Shown one piece after another: positions 41,671 through 52,189 of a DNA stretch of 64,000 nucleotides. The translations under genes were made by a program, and so were the position numbers. Position 1 is the stretch's first letter. The number at the start of each line of letters is the position of its first letter. The notes below the pieces were generated by a model. It was not told the origin of the DNA and made no database searches. It saw nothing but the letters and a program-made list of their open reading frames with translations. The stretch is taken from assembly GCF_036321535.1 (NCBI RefSeq), contig NC_087436.1, positions 97,652,001-97,716,000 of the forward strand, given 5' to 3'. Source of the stretch: Camelus dromedarius (Eukaryota).

Positions 41671-44223
41671 AAGGTGTAATAACATATTGTCCCATAATCA
41701 TTTATAGATTTAGCTTATAAAAAGAAGTAGAGCTTGCATCGATCTGCAGAAAAAGAAGCTTTTTGACTTTATTAAGAATTCTTCTCATGATTTTTTTATG
41801 CAACTGTAGGCAATTAAAAAAAGGAAAATTCCAAAATGCAGTACTATGTAAAATATGAGGGAAGGCTAGTTTATGACCATGATAGGTTTAAACAATGTAA
41901 AACTATGAATGGACCTGCCATACAAATTCTTGTTATGAAGATTCTGCCAAATAAAAAATAACAAAGCTTATGAAGAAATTAAAAGTAGAGCAGATGTTAG
42001 AGAAAAGATGGTCGAGTTATGTATCTTAAACTTTGCTAAAACAAAGCAGAATGCAAATAGTTGCTCATTTGTAGATTGCTTTTTATTTTTTGTAGATTTT
42101 TAAATTACTTTTTATATTTGTAGATTGCTTTTATTATTCTCACTTTATGGGGACCGTAAGTTATTCAGACAATAGGCCACATTTCTGGATATTTCTAAAA
42201 TACTTTTTTCATCATTTGAAGATCAAATAAGAACACCATACCTCACTTGAAAAGCTTTTTCAAGCTTAAGTATTTTTCAGATTTCACAAGGACACGTCCA
42301 CTGCCTAATCTACTTGGTGTAAACATTTTTACTGAAGAAACAAAAGACTTCATCATCATCAATTCTGTGCTGTCTCTAGATTATTATACACTTTGCAAAT
42401 AGCAAAAATTTTAAATGCATGTAACTGTCATTTTTCTTTCTGAGAGCTATTTTCAAAGGGCTCATTCTTGCCCAGGTGTCCACACCCCTGTATCCCACTG
42501 TGTGATTCTCTACATTGACAACTTCCAGGTTTTCCTGGAAGCTCTTGCTCTACCTCTTCTTTACTTTGTGCACTGACACAGCCCAGGTACTAATCTGCTC
42601 CCTCCTAACTGATGTATAGCTACCTCCATTCTCATGTTTCTTAGGGAAGTGCAGACTACAGCCAGGGTGAGTTAGCTTTGATTTGACTTTTAGCAAGTAA
42701 AGCTCTCTTCTTCCCTTGTCCATTTTCCTGCCCTTCTTGTCACTCTGTTGCATGGTCTTTGATTCGTTTTCATCTTGCTCTACATCATCTGCTACCACCA
42801 TCTTCATTTTCTTATTGGGACTCCTTCTCCTTTTCTTTTGCAAAATCACTGTCTTTGCCTGACACTTATTCATCTTTGTTTTCTGCAGTTTCACTCTCAG
42901 TAGCCCCACTGGCTTCATTCTGCAGCTCCTGTTTTATTGGAACCATGGCATGGGTACTATTCTAAATTTTCCTTTTTGATTTAGTAGTTTGCTTGTATTC
43001 TTAGGATTCTGTTGCCAACCTCATGTTTGTCCTGTTCTTGGTATTGACTTCCCCAGTTTGTCCTGGCTACTTCTCTATATTGCACACAGGTTGATCCACC
43101 TTAAATGTCTATCATTGCCTGCCTTAAGAGCTTTAACCAATCCTGCGTCTAGGAATCTACTGTGGTATTTTCTTCTTTACTAGCATCTGTTGATAGTCAC
43201 AAAAGAAAGTTTCTCAAGTATAGTCATAATTATTTGTATTTTTCATCTTCAAGGAAAGCCAGTAGATTGTGATGATCTGATTCCTTAAAACACAGTTAAT
43301 CCTGGATAGTTGTAATGTTGTAGTTTATTAATGGAATACATGTAAACCATCCTCTTCAACAAGTGGGAGCTGAAAAATGGAGATTCAAATTGCTAAAACC
43401 CGTGACTGGCCTCCCAAGAAAGATGCATAAAGTCTCTGGGGACACCAAGTTTGGAACAAAAGACTCCCTTTCTTCTCAAATCTAGGCCATTTTTATTTTT
43501 CGACAGATTATTTACTTTCCTAAAATAGTATGAGGTTTTTTTTAAGCATAGATAGTTGATATTTTTCAAGAATCTAAGGCTATTTCATCATAGCCATATG
43601 AGACAGGAGTAGAATTCTGTACTTGAAGCTGTGCGTGTAGTTGAGTGGAGCATCATTATGGTAATTAATCATTTATTAGCTATGGTATTATGATATTATC
43701 AATTTGCCTGCTTGTGAATTTTTACTATACTTAGGCTCAAATTCAGAACCTCGTTATATTGAAGTTCAAATTCAGCTAAAATTATAACGACATTAATTTT
43801 CTATATTTTGATTTTCATAAATCATGTATAAATCTGTATGTGGTATATTAGGATCCAGTCTCCTCTTTAATGTATTGATACAGCCAAGCATGCAGAAAAC
43901 CTGGAAGGGTAACCATAAATTTCAACCCACGTTGAGGAAAACCAAAACTGAGTTTTTCTGATTGACTATCCAAACTGTCCAAACACTTCCAAAGCTATTG
44001 GCCTGAAGTTCTTCTATACTGTCAAATTCTTACTATGTTTTCCAGGACTCTTCATCAGTTACATAGTGCAAGCTTTTGCTGCCCTCATGAATACCACTTT
44101 TTCTCATCCTTTTCTTTGATTGTATACAAGTAACAACAAATAATAATGTTTAAAATTTTCTGCTACAATTGTTTTTGGCTCAAATTTGCTGTTTCATAAG
44201 ATTGTGTCCTTCATATTGTGGTC

Positions 44224-44730
44224 TGTTGTGGGCATGATGTGGCGGGCTGGTGACGTGGGTTGGCAAAGAATTACCAGAGACAGAACAGTTTAGGAAAGTT
44301 TAATAGATAGGCTGCTATTGGCAACAGCAAGCCACTCAGTCAAGAGGTGTGTGAGTGCTGGGGCCAACGTGCAGGGTCTTTTATTAGGGGGAGGGGGCTG
44401 TGCACACAAGGAGTAGCAGCTGCATGACCAATTCCTGATTGGCTGTCAGGGACTTCTCTAAACAAGAGGATTTACAACTTTGTTAAGGGCAGGATGTGAG
44501 ACCTGTCCACCTAGGGTATTGTGAAAGAGGCTACCTCCTGGGGCGATGAGTTTTGTTAGGGTAAATGCACCATCAAGAGGGTTTTGTTTTCTTTCTTTTC
44601 CCTGCAGAAATGCAGATATGCCTAGGGTCCTGCAGCAAGGAGTGGGGGTTAAGTTGTCAATGGCTTCAGGCACACAGAGGGCCCAGGAGTGGGGGTTTTA
44701 TGACCCCAGAGATTGCCAACCAGCTTCACA
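44224..44730 (-). mobile_element. ERVL-class solo LTR (LTR53/LTR18-group-like)
   Basis: TG...CA termini and 5-bp TSD TGGTC/TGGTT (44219-44223, 44731-44735). On the minus strand: CCAAT box, TAATAAAA box, ATTAAA signal and gtaattcttt...cccacaaca end. Confidence 0.75.
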
Positions 44731-45194
44731 TGGTTTGTTTGCAATCTCCTTACGCAAAAAATGAAGTCAATAACTGTCTGAAAGCAGGACTAATTTTTTT
44801 TTAACTGTAGAAATATTTGGCTGGTGATACCACAGAGACCTCGCATATACTTTTCTTATATCCTTTCGCAGGATTTTCTATCATTCTGGGCAGGGACCCT
44901 GATAGTGGCTTGTCTCACTTCACAGGGAGCCTCGTGAAGGAGGCAGAGAAGTCATACCTGCTGACACTGTTGGAACTGCTTCCCCACCATGGCACCCTCC
45001 CTTTCCTCCACACCCTTATCCCTCTCTCCGCTGCTGCTGCTGCTAACACAATCCTGATCGCTGCTGCTGCTCCCAGTGTGTCAGCCCCACGGGCTGTAGC
45101 TCCAGCTGTGCTGCCACTGCTGGTGCCATCTCCAACGTCCCTGTTTCTAACGGTCACAGCAGAGCCTTATTGGAAACCTATTGTTTATGCCACA

Positions 45195-45335
45195 GGAGTG
45201 TTTTTCAAACATTCCACTCAAATTTCTTTATCTTTAGAGCTGCTTCCTAAATATGCAGGTTCCTAGAACCCAAGACCAGTTGAATCAGGATCACTTATAG
45301 TTGAATCTAGGATTTAAAAGTTTAATAAGACTTTT
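45195..45335. mobile_element. MER5A-like hAT MITE
   Basis: agtgtttttcaaac...tgcaggttcctagaaccc...ttgaatcaggatc...tttaataag. Confidence 0.55.
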
Positions 45336-45370
45336 ATAAAGATAAAAAATGCAGAATATTTTATTCATGC

Positions 45371-45974
45371 TGTTAGGTAGTTAGATAGAAATGATCACCG
45401 GGCAGGGGGAGAGGAAGTGTAAAGGAGCAACCCATAAAATAACAGTACGCCTGCACTCAGGATGAGTGGCTCCAAAAACTTTCTCTCAATGAGGGACAGC
45501 GAAGACGCCAGCTGGGATCCAACGCTGCAGCCGCGCAATAGAGAGAAGGACCCGGCTTAACCTGACCCAATGCCCACTTTAATGTAATTAACATTGCAGT
45601 TTGAGCCCCTCCTATTGGTTTCTCTGTGCTTCATGGGTAAGAACTTGCCCAGAAAGGGATGGGCATGCCTGAGCACAAGGAACATGAGCTGTCAGTCAGC
45701 CTGAGCACTCAAAGAACCTGAGCCACAAATCAATTGATCAGGAAAAACGCCTCTAAGCCAGGATATAAATACGGGAAAAACAGCAGAGGCACCATTTTTC
45801 CTCTCTCGGATTGGCCTGCTCCCAGTTCTTGGGGGTGTACTGTATTTTACTACCTTTTTACTTTACTAATAAAATCTTGTTGATATCACACTTTCTGTCT
45901 CTCGTTAAAAATCCTTTTTTTTTATCGGGTGACTAAGAACCGAGGTAATTCTTATTTCTCTCCTCCCGGTAACA
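45371..45974 (+). mobile_element. ERV1-class solo LTR (same terminal type as 28509-29065)
   Basis: Starts TGTTAGGTAGTTAG, ends GGTAACA, exact TSD ATGC (45367-45370, 45975-45978). Has gatataaat TATA box, aataaa signal and many retained CpGs. Confidence 0.92.
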
Positions 45975-46904
45975 ATGCAAGTGAAAAAAATATCACATGT
46001 TATTTCTGTATCATCCCTCTTTGGGGAAAAAAAATTGCTTTGTTCACTTTCAATCTTCCCAAAATGAAAATATCAGTTTAAAGTTGCTATCTGTTATTCA
46101 ATGCGACCACAGTTGAACAGGGCTCTTCTCTCAGTCACTTCGTAGGTCTTTGGCTAGCCCACAGGTGGTTGCCTTGACCCCAGCCCTGCGTTTTGGATTC
46201 ATTCAGCCCTAGTCCCGAGTGTAGAGACAAATGGTGTAAAGCATAGTGTCTTAGGCTCAGTTATTCACTATGGAAGACCATCGTTTGGGAAATGGCTGGT
46301 GAGTATACACTTAGATCATAGCCTTATGACCTTTTTAAATTCTCCTGAGAAGACTGTTCCATGTCCAGTAATACAGTAATAACATGACTTCCCTGATCCA
46401 TAGAAGAATGAAAAATGAGAAAGCTATGGAGAAAGAAGAGACAGATCCACATCTTGAATTGAAAGAAGGTCTGTGGAGTTTTTGTACTTAATCTCCTCGG
46501 ATAAACAGAGTCTGAGCTAGTCCACCTTGTGTTTGCATGTATGTTCATATCATTCACTTCCCATTCTGGCTAAGAAATCAAGTCAAAACACTACAGTGAG
46601 TGTTAGAAGAGACCTTCATTGCTTGAAGCAAGGGAAGAGCCCAGGGGAAAGACGGGTTCCTGGGTAGTTCAGTCAAGGTGCTAGAAATCAGAGTGGTTGC
46701 CAAAGATTCTTTGATTCTGTAAAAGCAACAGTGCTGATTCAGCATGTAAACTCATGGGCAAGGACAGGACTAGAGATAGTCAAACTGGCACACCAAGTTT
46801 TTGCCTTTAATAAGCAATGCAAAGCAACTAAGGTACTCAAGGAATGGGGAAGGGGAACTTCAAGGACAGAATAAAAAAGTACCATGATGTTGTCTAAGTA
46901 GTTT

Positions 46905-47160
46905 AATTATTCACTCATTCAGCAAATATTCATCAAGAACCTGTTAGAGTCCACACATGGTTCTAGGTACCAGGTATACAGTAGCGGGTGAAATGAAAAT
47001 AATGCCTGCCTTCACGGAACTTAGAACCTGGAGAGTGAGATGATTAGGCAAACATTCTAGTATTTCTTGGCTAAGATAAATGACATTAAGGGAAAAAAAA
47101 AAATGACTAGACTCTGTTAGAGGGAAAAAAAAAAGGAAACCTAACTTAAATAGAGGTTTA
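46905..47160 (-). mobile_element. L2 3' end
   Basis: attcactcattcagcaaatatt...gttctaggtaccagg...tgcctgccttcacggaacttaga. Confidence 0.75.
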
Positions 47161-47249
47161 AAATTTACACAAAGATTCTTTTTGTAACTGATGTCTGCAG
47201 AGAGAGGCCTGGGTTTGTCTGAGCTCTGAATCAGGTGTTCTCAACTCAG

Positions 47250-47450
47250 CGGAACCTCTGTTCTTTTTGGTGCTCCTGGTCCCTGTACCGCAGCCTGGAC
47301 ACTCTCTCCAGGCAGCTGGCTCAGCCAATTATATGACTCATCTTACTTGTTTCCAGTCTCTTAAGATTTAATGTCCTGTATTACCTGGTGTCCAGTATCT
47401 CAATACTGATGTTTATGTTTTAATTCTATCCCATTTTACTCCGTTATAGA
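47250..47450 (-). mobile_element. Old L1ME 5'-region fragment
   Basis: cagcctggacactctctccaggcag...gactcatcttacttgtttcc...tcctgtattacctggtgtccagtatct. Confidence 0.5.
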
Positions 47451-47689
47451 GAGAGGCGGAATTCTCAATGCTGTTTGAAAATAAACTTGTTAAAATTTCT
47501 CATCTATTACTTTAGTAAAATACACTTTGTGAGGAAGAAAACATTTCATATGTATTTTCGACTCTCAAAACTTTACACTTGGAGATTTTTATAATTGTTG
47601 TGTTCATTATAACAAAAGTTCATTAATATTTATCAAACACTACATTTTATTAGCAAATTCAATCAAACATCACTCCAGACATAAATGGT

Positions 47690-47915
47690 AATAAGAAACA
47701 GCAGTTATATACAGCTTGAATGAGTTTCACATGTTGAATAAAAGATAGGTTAAAAAAAAGCAATGTTTATTATGTGAGTCTATGTGTATATATATCCAAA
47801 AAACAGGCAAAGCTAATCTATGGTATTAGAAATTAGAATCAGTTTCTTTGGAGAAACAGAATGTATAATGATTGAGTGGAACAAAAATGAGGATTTTCTT
47901 GAGTGCTGGTAATGT
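47690..47915 (+). mobile_element. L1ME 3' UTR fragment
   Basis: caaaaaacaggcaaagctaatctatggtattagaaattagaa...gagtgctggtaatgt. Confidence 0.7.
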
Positions 47916-47916
47916 G

Positions 47917-48196
47917 TTTTTTTAAATTGAAGTACAGTTGATTTACAATGTTGTGTTAGTTTCTGGTGTACAGCATAGTGATTCAGTTGTGTATATATGC
48001 ATACATTCCTTTCCTATTCTTTTTCATTTATAGGCATTGCAAGACCTTGGATATAGTTCCCTGTGCTGTTCCCTAGGACCTTGTTGTTCATCTATTCTGT
48101 GTATAGTAGCTTGTGTCTGCTAATCCTAACTCCTAATTTATCCCCTTTGGGAACCATGTTTGTTTTCTATACCCGTGAGTCTGCTTCTGTTTTGTA
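47917..48196 (-). mobile_element. Cetartiodactyl/camelid L1 3' end
   Basis: ttttaaattgaagtacagttgatttacaatgttgtgttagtttctggtgtacagcatagtgattcagtt...atatagttccctgtgct. Confidence 0.88.
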
Positions 48197-48199
48197 TGT

Positions 48200-49540
48200 C
48201 TTGTAGATATTTTCTCCAGTCATTTGTAGCTTTATATTTTAATCATATGAAAGATTTTAATTTGTATCTAGTGAACTTTATAAATATTTGATTTTTATGA
48301 GAGATCTGAGCTTTGTATATTTGTATTCTTCTAAAACATTTTAGCATTAAGGTTTTGTAATTGAATTTAAATCTATGCTCCATTTGAAATATATGTTGAA
48401 GATAGGTGGGAGATAGCATCATTTTTAATTTTTTAATAATAGTCTTTAAAATTTTTTTTGATAGATAGCTCATTGATCCAGCAACATGATTTTCTTCAAA
48501 GATTCAAAATATCACATTTACTTTTTCAAATTTTATCTAAAGTTTCCAGTTAAAGATGACTACATAAAATGAATAAATAGTAATAGTTTGCTTGAAGGCA
48601 TGTAAGAAATAAGACTTTATTGAGGAATTATTGGGCAAGGTTCCAGGGACAAACAAAAGGTCCAGAGAGGTTGGCATCTGCAGAGGGCGCTCAGTGAAAC
48701 CTGACGCCCTGGGTCAAGACCCTGAAGTGCTTCACGTGAGAGGTAAGGAAAATCCATAAACACATATAGAATTCTTTCTGGAAGAAGAGGCATCAAATTA
48801 TTTACTACAAAGAACTATGCAAACCCAGTATCTGGCACACAATAAAAGATTCTGGGCATATAAGAAGATAAAATAGCATGAATGAAACCCAAGGGAGGAA
48901 ACAGACCACAGAAACAGAAAAACAGGGGTCCAGTAATTGGCATTCTTTAAATAAGTTTTAGTATATCTGCTATGTTCAGAGTTAAAAGGCAAGATTGAAA
49001 ATATTTGCAGAGAAATAGATGCTATAAAAGAGAATCAAGTGGAAGTTCTAACACTGAAATACATAATAATCAAAATTAAGAACTCAAGAATGACTATAAC
49101 AGCAGATGAGATACAGATACAAAACTTATTAATTGTTAGGAATATAGTCCAGAGGAAAATATAAAGAATAATAAATAGGAAAAGTATAAGGCATTTAAAT
49201 AAATGTAGTAATACAATATACATATGATTTGGGAAATTAAATATAATTATGATGTTAATTATTTCCAAACAGATTCTTGAAATCAAAATTATCCCAATAA
49301 AAATCTCATGGACATTATTTAACGCACATGTGAACAGAAAGAATTGAAAAGGTCAATTCTAAGTTTTGTGCACAACTTCACAAAAACCAAGAATAGCCAG
49401 TGTTCTTGAGAACAAATGGGAATCAGTAGCTCCACCTGATATAAAGAGATATTGTAAGACTTTAGTAATTGTAAAAGTGTGTCATTAGCACAAGAATAAT
49501 CATGTAAACAGAGGAAACATCATAAAGATTCCAAAAATAT
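48200..49540. mobile_element. Mixed ancient L1 fragments (antisense ORF2, then sense 5'/ORF1/ORF2 pieces)
   Basis: ORF1-like gaatcaagtggaagttctaacactgaaatacataataatcaaaattaagaactca and ORF2-like accaagaatagcca. Confidence 0.55.
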
Positions 49541-49559
49541 ATTTGATTGTTTCTCATTA

Positions 49560-49825
49560 TTTTTCCAGCTTTATTGAGGTATGATTGACAAATAAAAATT
49601 GTATATATATTTAGGTTGTACATGTGATTTTTCTAAGGTGTACAATGGGATGATTTAATATACATTCACATTATAAATTGATTACCATAATCATTTAATA
49701 AGTTACTTAATATATCTATCACCTCACGTAATTACCTTTTTATTTGTGGTGAGAACACTTAAGATCTACTTTCTTAGCAAATTTCAAGTACACAGTAAAA
49801 TATTAATTATATATTAATTATAATT
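49560..49825 (-). mobile_element. L1MA9-like 3' end
   Basis: cagctttattgaggtatgattgacaaataaaaattgtatata...gtggtgagaacacttaagatctact...cttagcaaatttcaagtaca. Confidence 0.85.
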
Positions 49826-49934
49826 GCCTAGACACAATCTCTGTCTGTATTACTAGAAGTAGGGCGACGTTAGCACTTTCAATTTTTTGAATTCGATTTT
49901 GGGCTCTGGGAATGGAATGCAGCTTACTGGCTAT

Positions 49935-50348
49935 GCCTAGCTGGTAATGTTGGTATTCTGGTAAAATCTTCTTAGATCCCTATGACCATTTTCTGTCTCT
50001 CCCTCTTCCCCTCCAGCACACACTTCAGTACACTTTTTTTTTCTTTTTCCAACAGGCAGATTGCAGCTGTTAAGCAACTCGAGCCTACTTTGCTCATATC
50101 CAGAGAGACCCAGAAATTGCTGGGAATGTGTATCCCCCATGGTCCCAAAAGAATGACTAGAGAGAATGGAAGAATCTGGTTGAAATGTCTGTCTGTGGGA
50201 CTCTGCCCAAGAGCTCACCCTGACTAGGCATTCTGTCTTTCCTGTCTTGTTTCTTCTGCACACTTTCTGATTGACCCTGTGGCCACTTTGTAAACCCTTG
50301 CACAAGATTCATCTTGGATCCTGTTTTGGGGGAACATAACTGAAGACA
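49935..50348 (+). mobile_element. ERVL LTR16-like
   Basis: Ends cttgcacaagattcatcttggatcctgttttgggggaacataactgaagaca, like the LTR16 terminus. Confidence 0.65.
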
Positions 50349-50949
50349 TGGTATAACATGAAACTCGTGCAAATTCCTCAGTTCCTTCCACTGCCAAAAG
50401 GTATTAAAAACAAAACAAAACCCTTCTCACAAAGTTGCTATGGGAATTAAAACAACTAGCACAAAGCTGGATGTGTGCCTTACATAAATGTTTGCTATTA
50501 TATTAATTGGACCATTCAGTGAACATCAATTAGTTCTAGAACATTATATAAGGCTGGTGAAATGTATGTATCAAAATGTATATTCTGATATTCTGATTTA
50601 GCTTCACCTCATGATTTATATGTTGTACCTTTCCCCGTTTCATTAAACGAATAATTTTTTGTTTATTTTTTGTATTGGGTGACTTCTTTCAGGGAGGAAA
50701 GTATGCTGTGCTATTTTTTGACAAGATATCTAATCCATTTCAACAGGAATTGATTTTACCACACTGTTAATCTTTATTGATTATAAAGACATACACTAAT
50801 GAAAAAGGGACAAAATTAATTTTTATATTTTCTTTCATTTAAAAATTGTCCAAAAAAGATGTAAATCCAGGAAATGAATGCATAAAAAGTACAAAGAATC
50901 CCAGTGTATTTTTGAAAGTACAATATGACTCTTTTTTTTTTCAATCAAA

Positions 50950-51080
50950 AGGCCCCAATTCAAATTTGTGAAGTGTTGCATGAGGCTCTCACCACATGAT
51001 TCCCGTTAAAGTCAATGATCCCCACTGATTGTAATGGGAATCCCACAGTTCCAACCCCAGGAAGCCCTTTGCACATTTAC
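50950..51080. mobile_element. Possible ancient amniote palindromic DNA-transposon relic (MER133/Chompy-like)
   Basis: ggccccaattc start plus an imperfect inverted repeat gattcccgttaaagtca / tgattgtaatgggaatc, resembling the cccattga(a/c)(g/t)tcaatggg motif of those families. Confidence 0.4.
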
Positions 51081-51624
51081 TTATGTCTATAAAACTGCTT
51101 AGGCAATTTAGGTATTATTTTGTTTCAATAAGAAAAAAAATAATTTGATGTTTTAAAAAGCCTATAGTTTGTACCAAAAAGCACAGTCTAAAACAGTTTA
51201 AAAAGTTTTAAAGACAGAATGCCCCACATCTTTTGATGTTGTGTCTAAGTTTTGGCACTACTTAATTTCATCTCATGTAATAAAATGAAGTGCAGTTTAA
51301 TGATGTGAGCATTTAAACAAGAATACAGCATCTAATGTCAAGACCTGGTCAGGTGACTTCTGATTCACAGTACCGGAAATTTTTATTATTTCTACTTGTC
51401 TTATTCCCTTTGTAAATAAGAGGGATCATAAAATAGTGATTTTTTTTTTTTTGGAAAATTTGGAGTATAAAAATGAAACCATGTGTTTAAAATGTATGAA
51501 TGACAAATTTGGTAATTTTCAGTCTTATTTATCCTTTCTCTCTCTTACAAACGTACACATTTTCAAACACACACACACACACACTCTGAGCATGAAGAGG
51601 CACAGACATTATTGTGTTTAAATA

Positions 51625-51875
51625 GAAGTAGTATATATATCATGGAAGGTAAGAACACCTTCTGTAGAACCAAACTGCTCAAATGGAAACCTACTCCTAT
51701 CACTTAAAAGCTAAGCCAACTTCAATAATAGTCAAACTTCAAATTTAATCCGTAAAGTGGAGATAAAAATAGGATCTATGTCATAGGGTTATTACAAAGA
51801 ATGTATGTGTTAATGTGTGACAAGCACTTACAACAGTGCCTCACACAGGTCTCTAAATGTAAGCTAATAATCTAA
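51625..51875 (+). mobile_element. MIR SINE
   Basis: atccgtaaagtggagataaaaataggatctatgtcatagggttatt...agcacttacaacagtgcct. Confidence 0.7.
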
Positions 51876-52189
51876 GTTACTTACATCCATATTTCAAGTA
51901 GGTGATTTACATTATGCACACTTTGCCTAAGGGAGAGGGGAAGGAAATGAAATACGTGCGTGATCTATAGGTAAAAGACATCGTGCTTGGCACTATATTG
52001 TGCATTCTGTAAATATGCTGCAAAGTTGTATTAATATGTTTATTTTGGCAGATAAGAAAACAAGTTCACAATGATTAAGTAACTTGTAGAAGGTTATGAA
52101 CCTACTGATTGGTGGACCTGTAAATCAAACTTAGATTTTTTTTGGCAATGTATCATTTCATTACAAAGTGATTTTTATATACCAGGTAT

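Larger units (their letters stand above)
39160..43000 (-). pseudogene. CNGA1: Highly decayed intronless CNG channel alpha-subunit (CNGA1-like) retrocopy, interrupted by L1 39418-41670
   Basis: Collinear minus-strand motifs across frames versus recalled CNGA1 (one from CNGA3): VPIKQELQNEAS~VPDIEKEIRRMENGACS (~42944-42908); REQ..VPG/AVSVHKVK~REQYLPGAIALFNVN (42603-42560); VYN...A...DE (S1); MFTPSRLG..VLVK~MFVRTRTG..LLVK; KYPEM~NYPEI (42194-42180); NIC/LYF.IS~NACIYFAIS (41998-41974); ILNKVK..F.AD~TLKKVRIFAD (~41779); MYIIK exact (39399-39385); CLSKN~CLSKD (39278-39264); PKEI~PKDL. Many stops, frameshifts and deletions. Confidence 0.72.

Noticed and set aside
42550..42918. 122-aa minus-strand ORF as an intact gene
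   Set aside because: It is a chance-open stretch switching in and out of the decayed CNGA1-like frame; only parts (DDVEQDENE, RREQ, AVSVHKVK) are in that frame.
41700..43190. Alternative identities for the fossil: L1TD1/HAL1 ORF1, PRPF4B or CDK11 kinase
   Set aside because: Isolated resemblances exist (ELQNEASG, RVLVK, KLCYF, QELP) but they are not collinear over the region. The CNG motifs run in order from N- to C-terminus and continue across the L1.
44817..45266. 149-aa Ala/Pro-rich plus-strand ORF
   Set aside because: Non-ATG start, low complexity from GCT runs, runs into a MER5-like element, and no recognisable domain.
28509..45974. Single provirus bounded by the two TGTTAGGTAGTTAG LTRs
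   Set aside because: Each LTR has its own TSD, they are clearly diverged, and I saw no gag/pol/env between them.
50036..50056. Strong-looking splice acceptor ttttttctttttccaacag
   Set aside because: Inside an LTR16-like element, with no matching donor or coding exon downstream.
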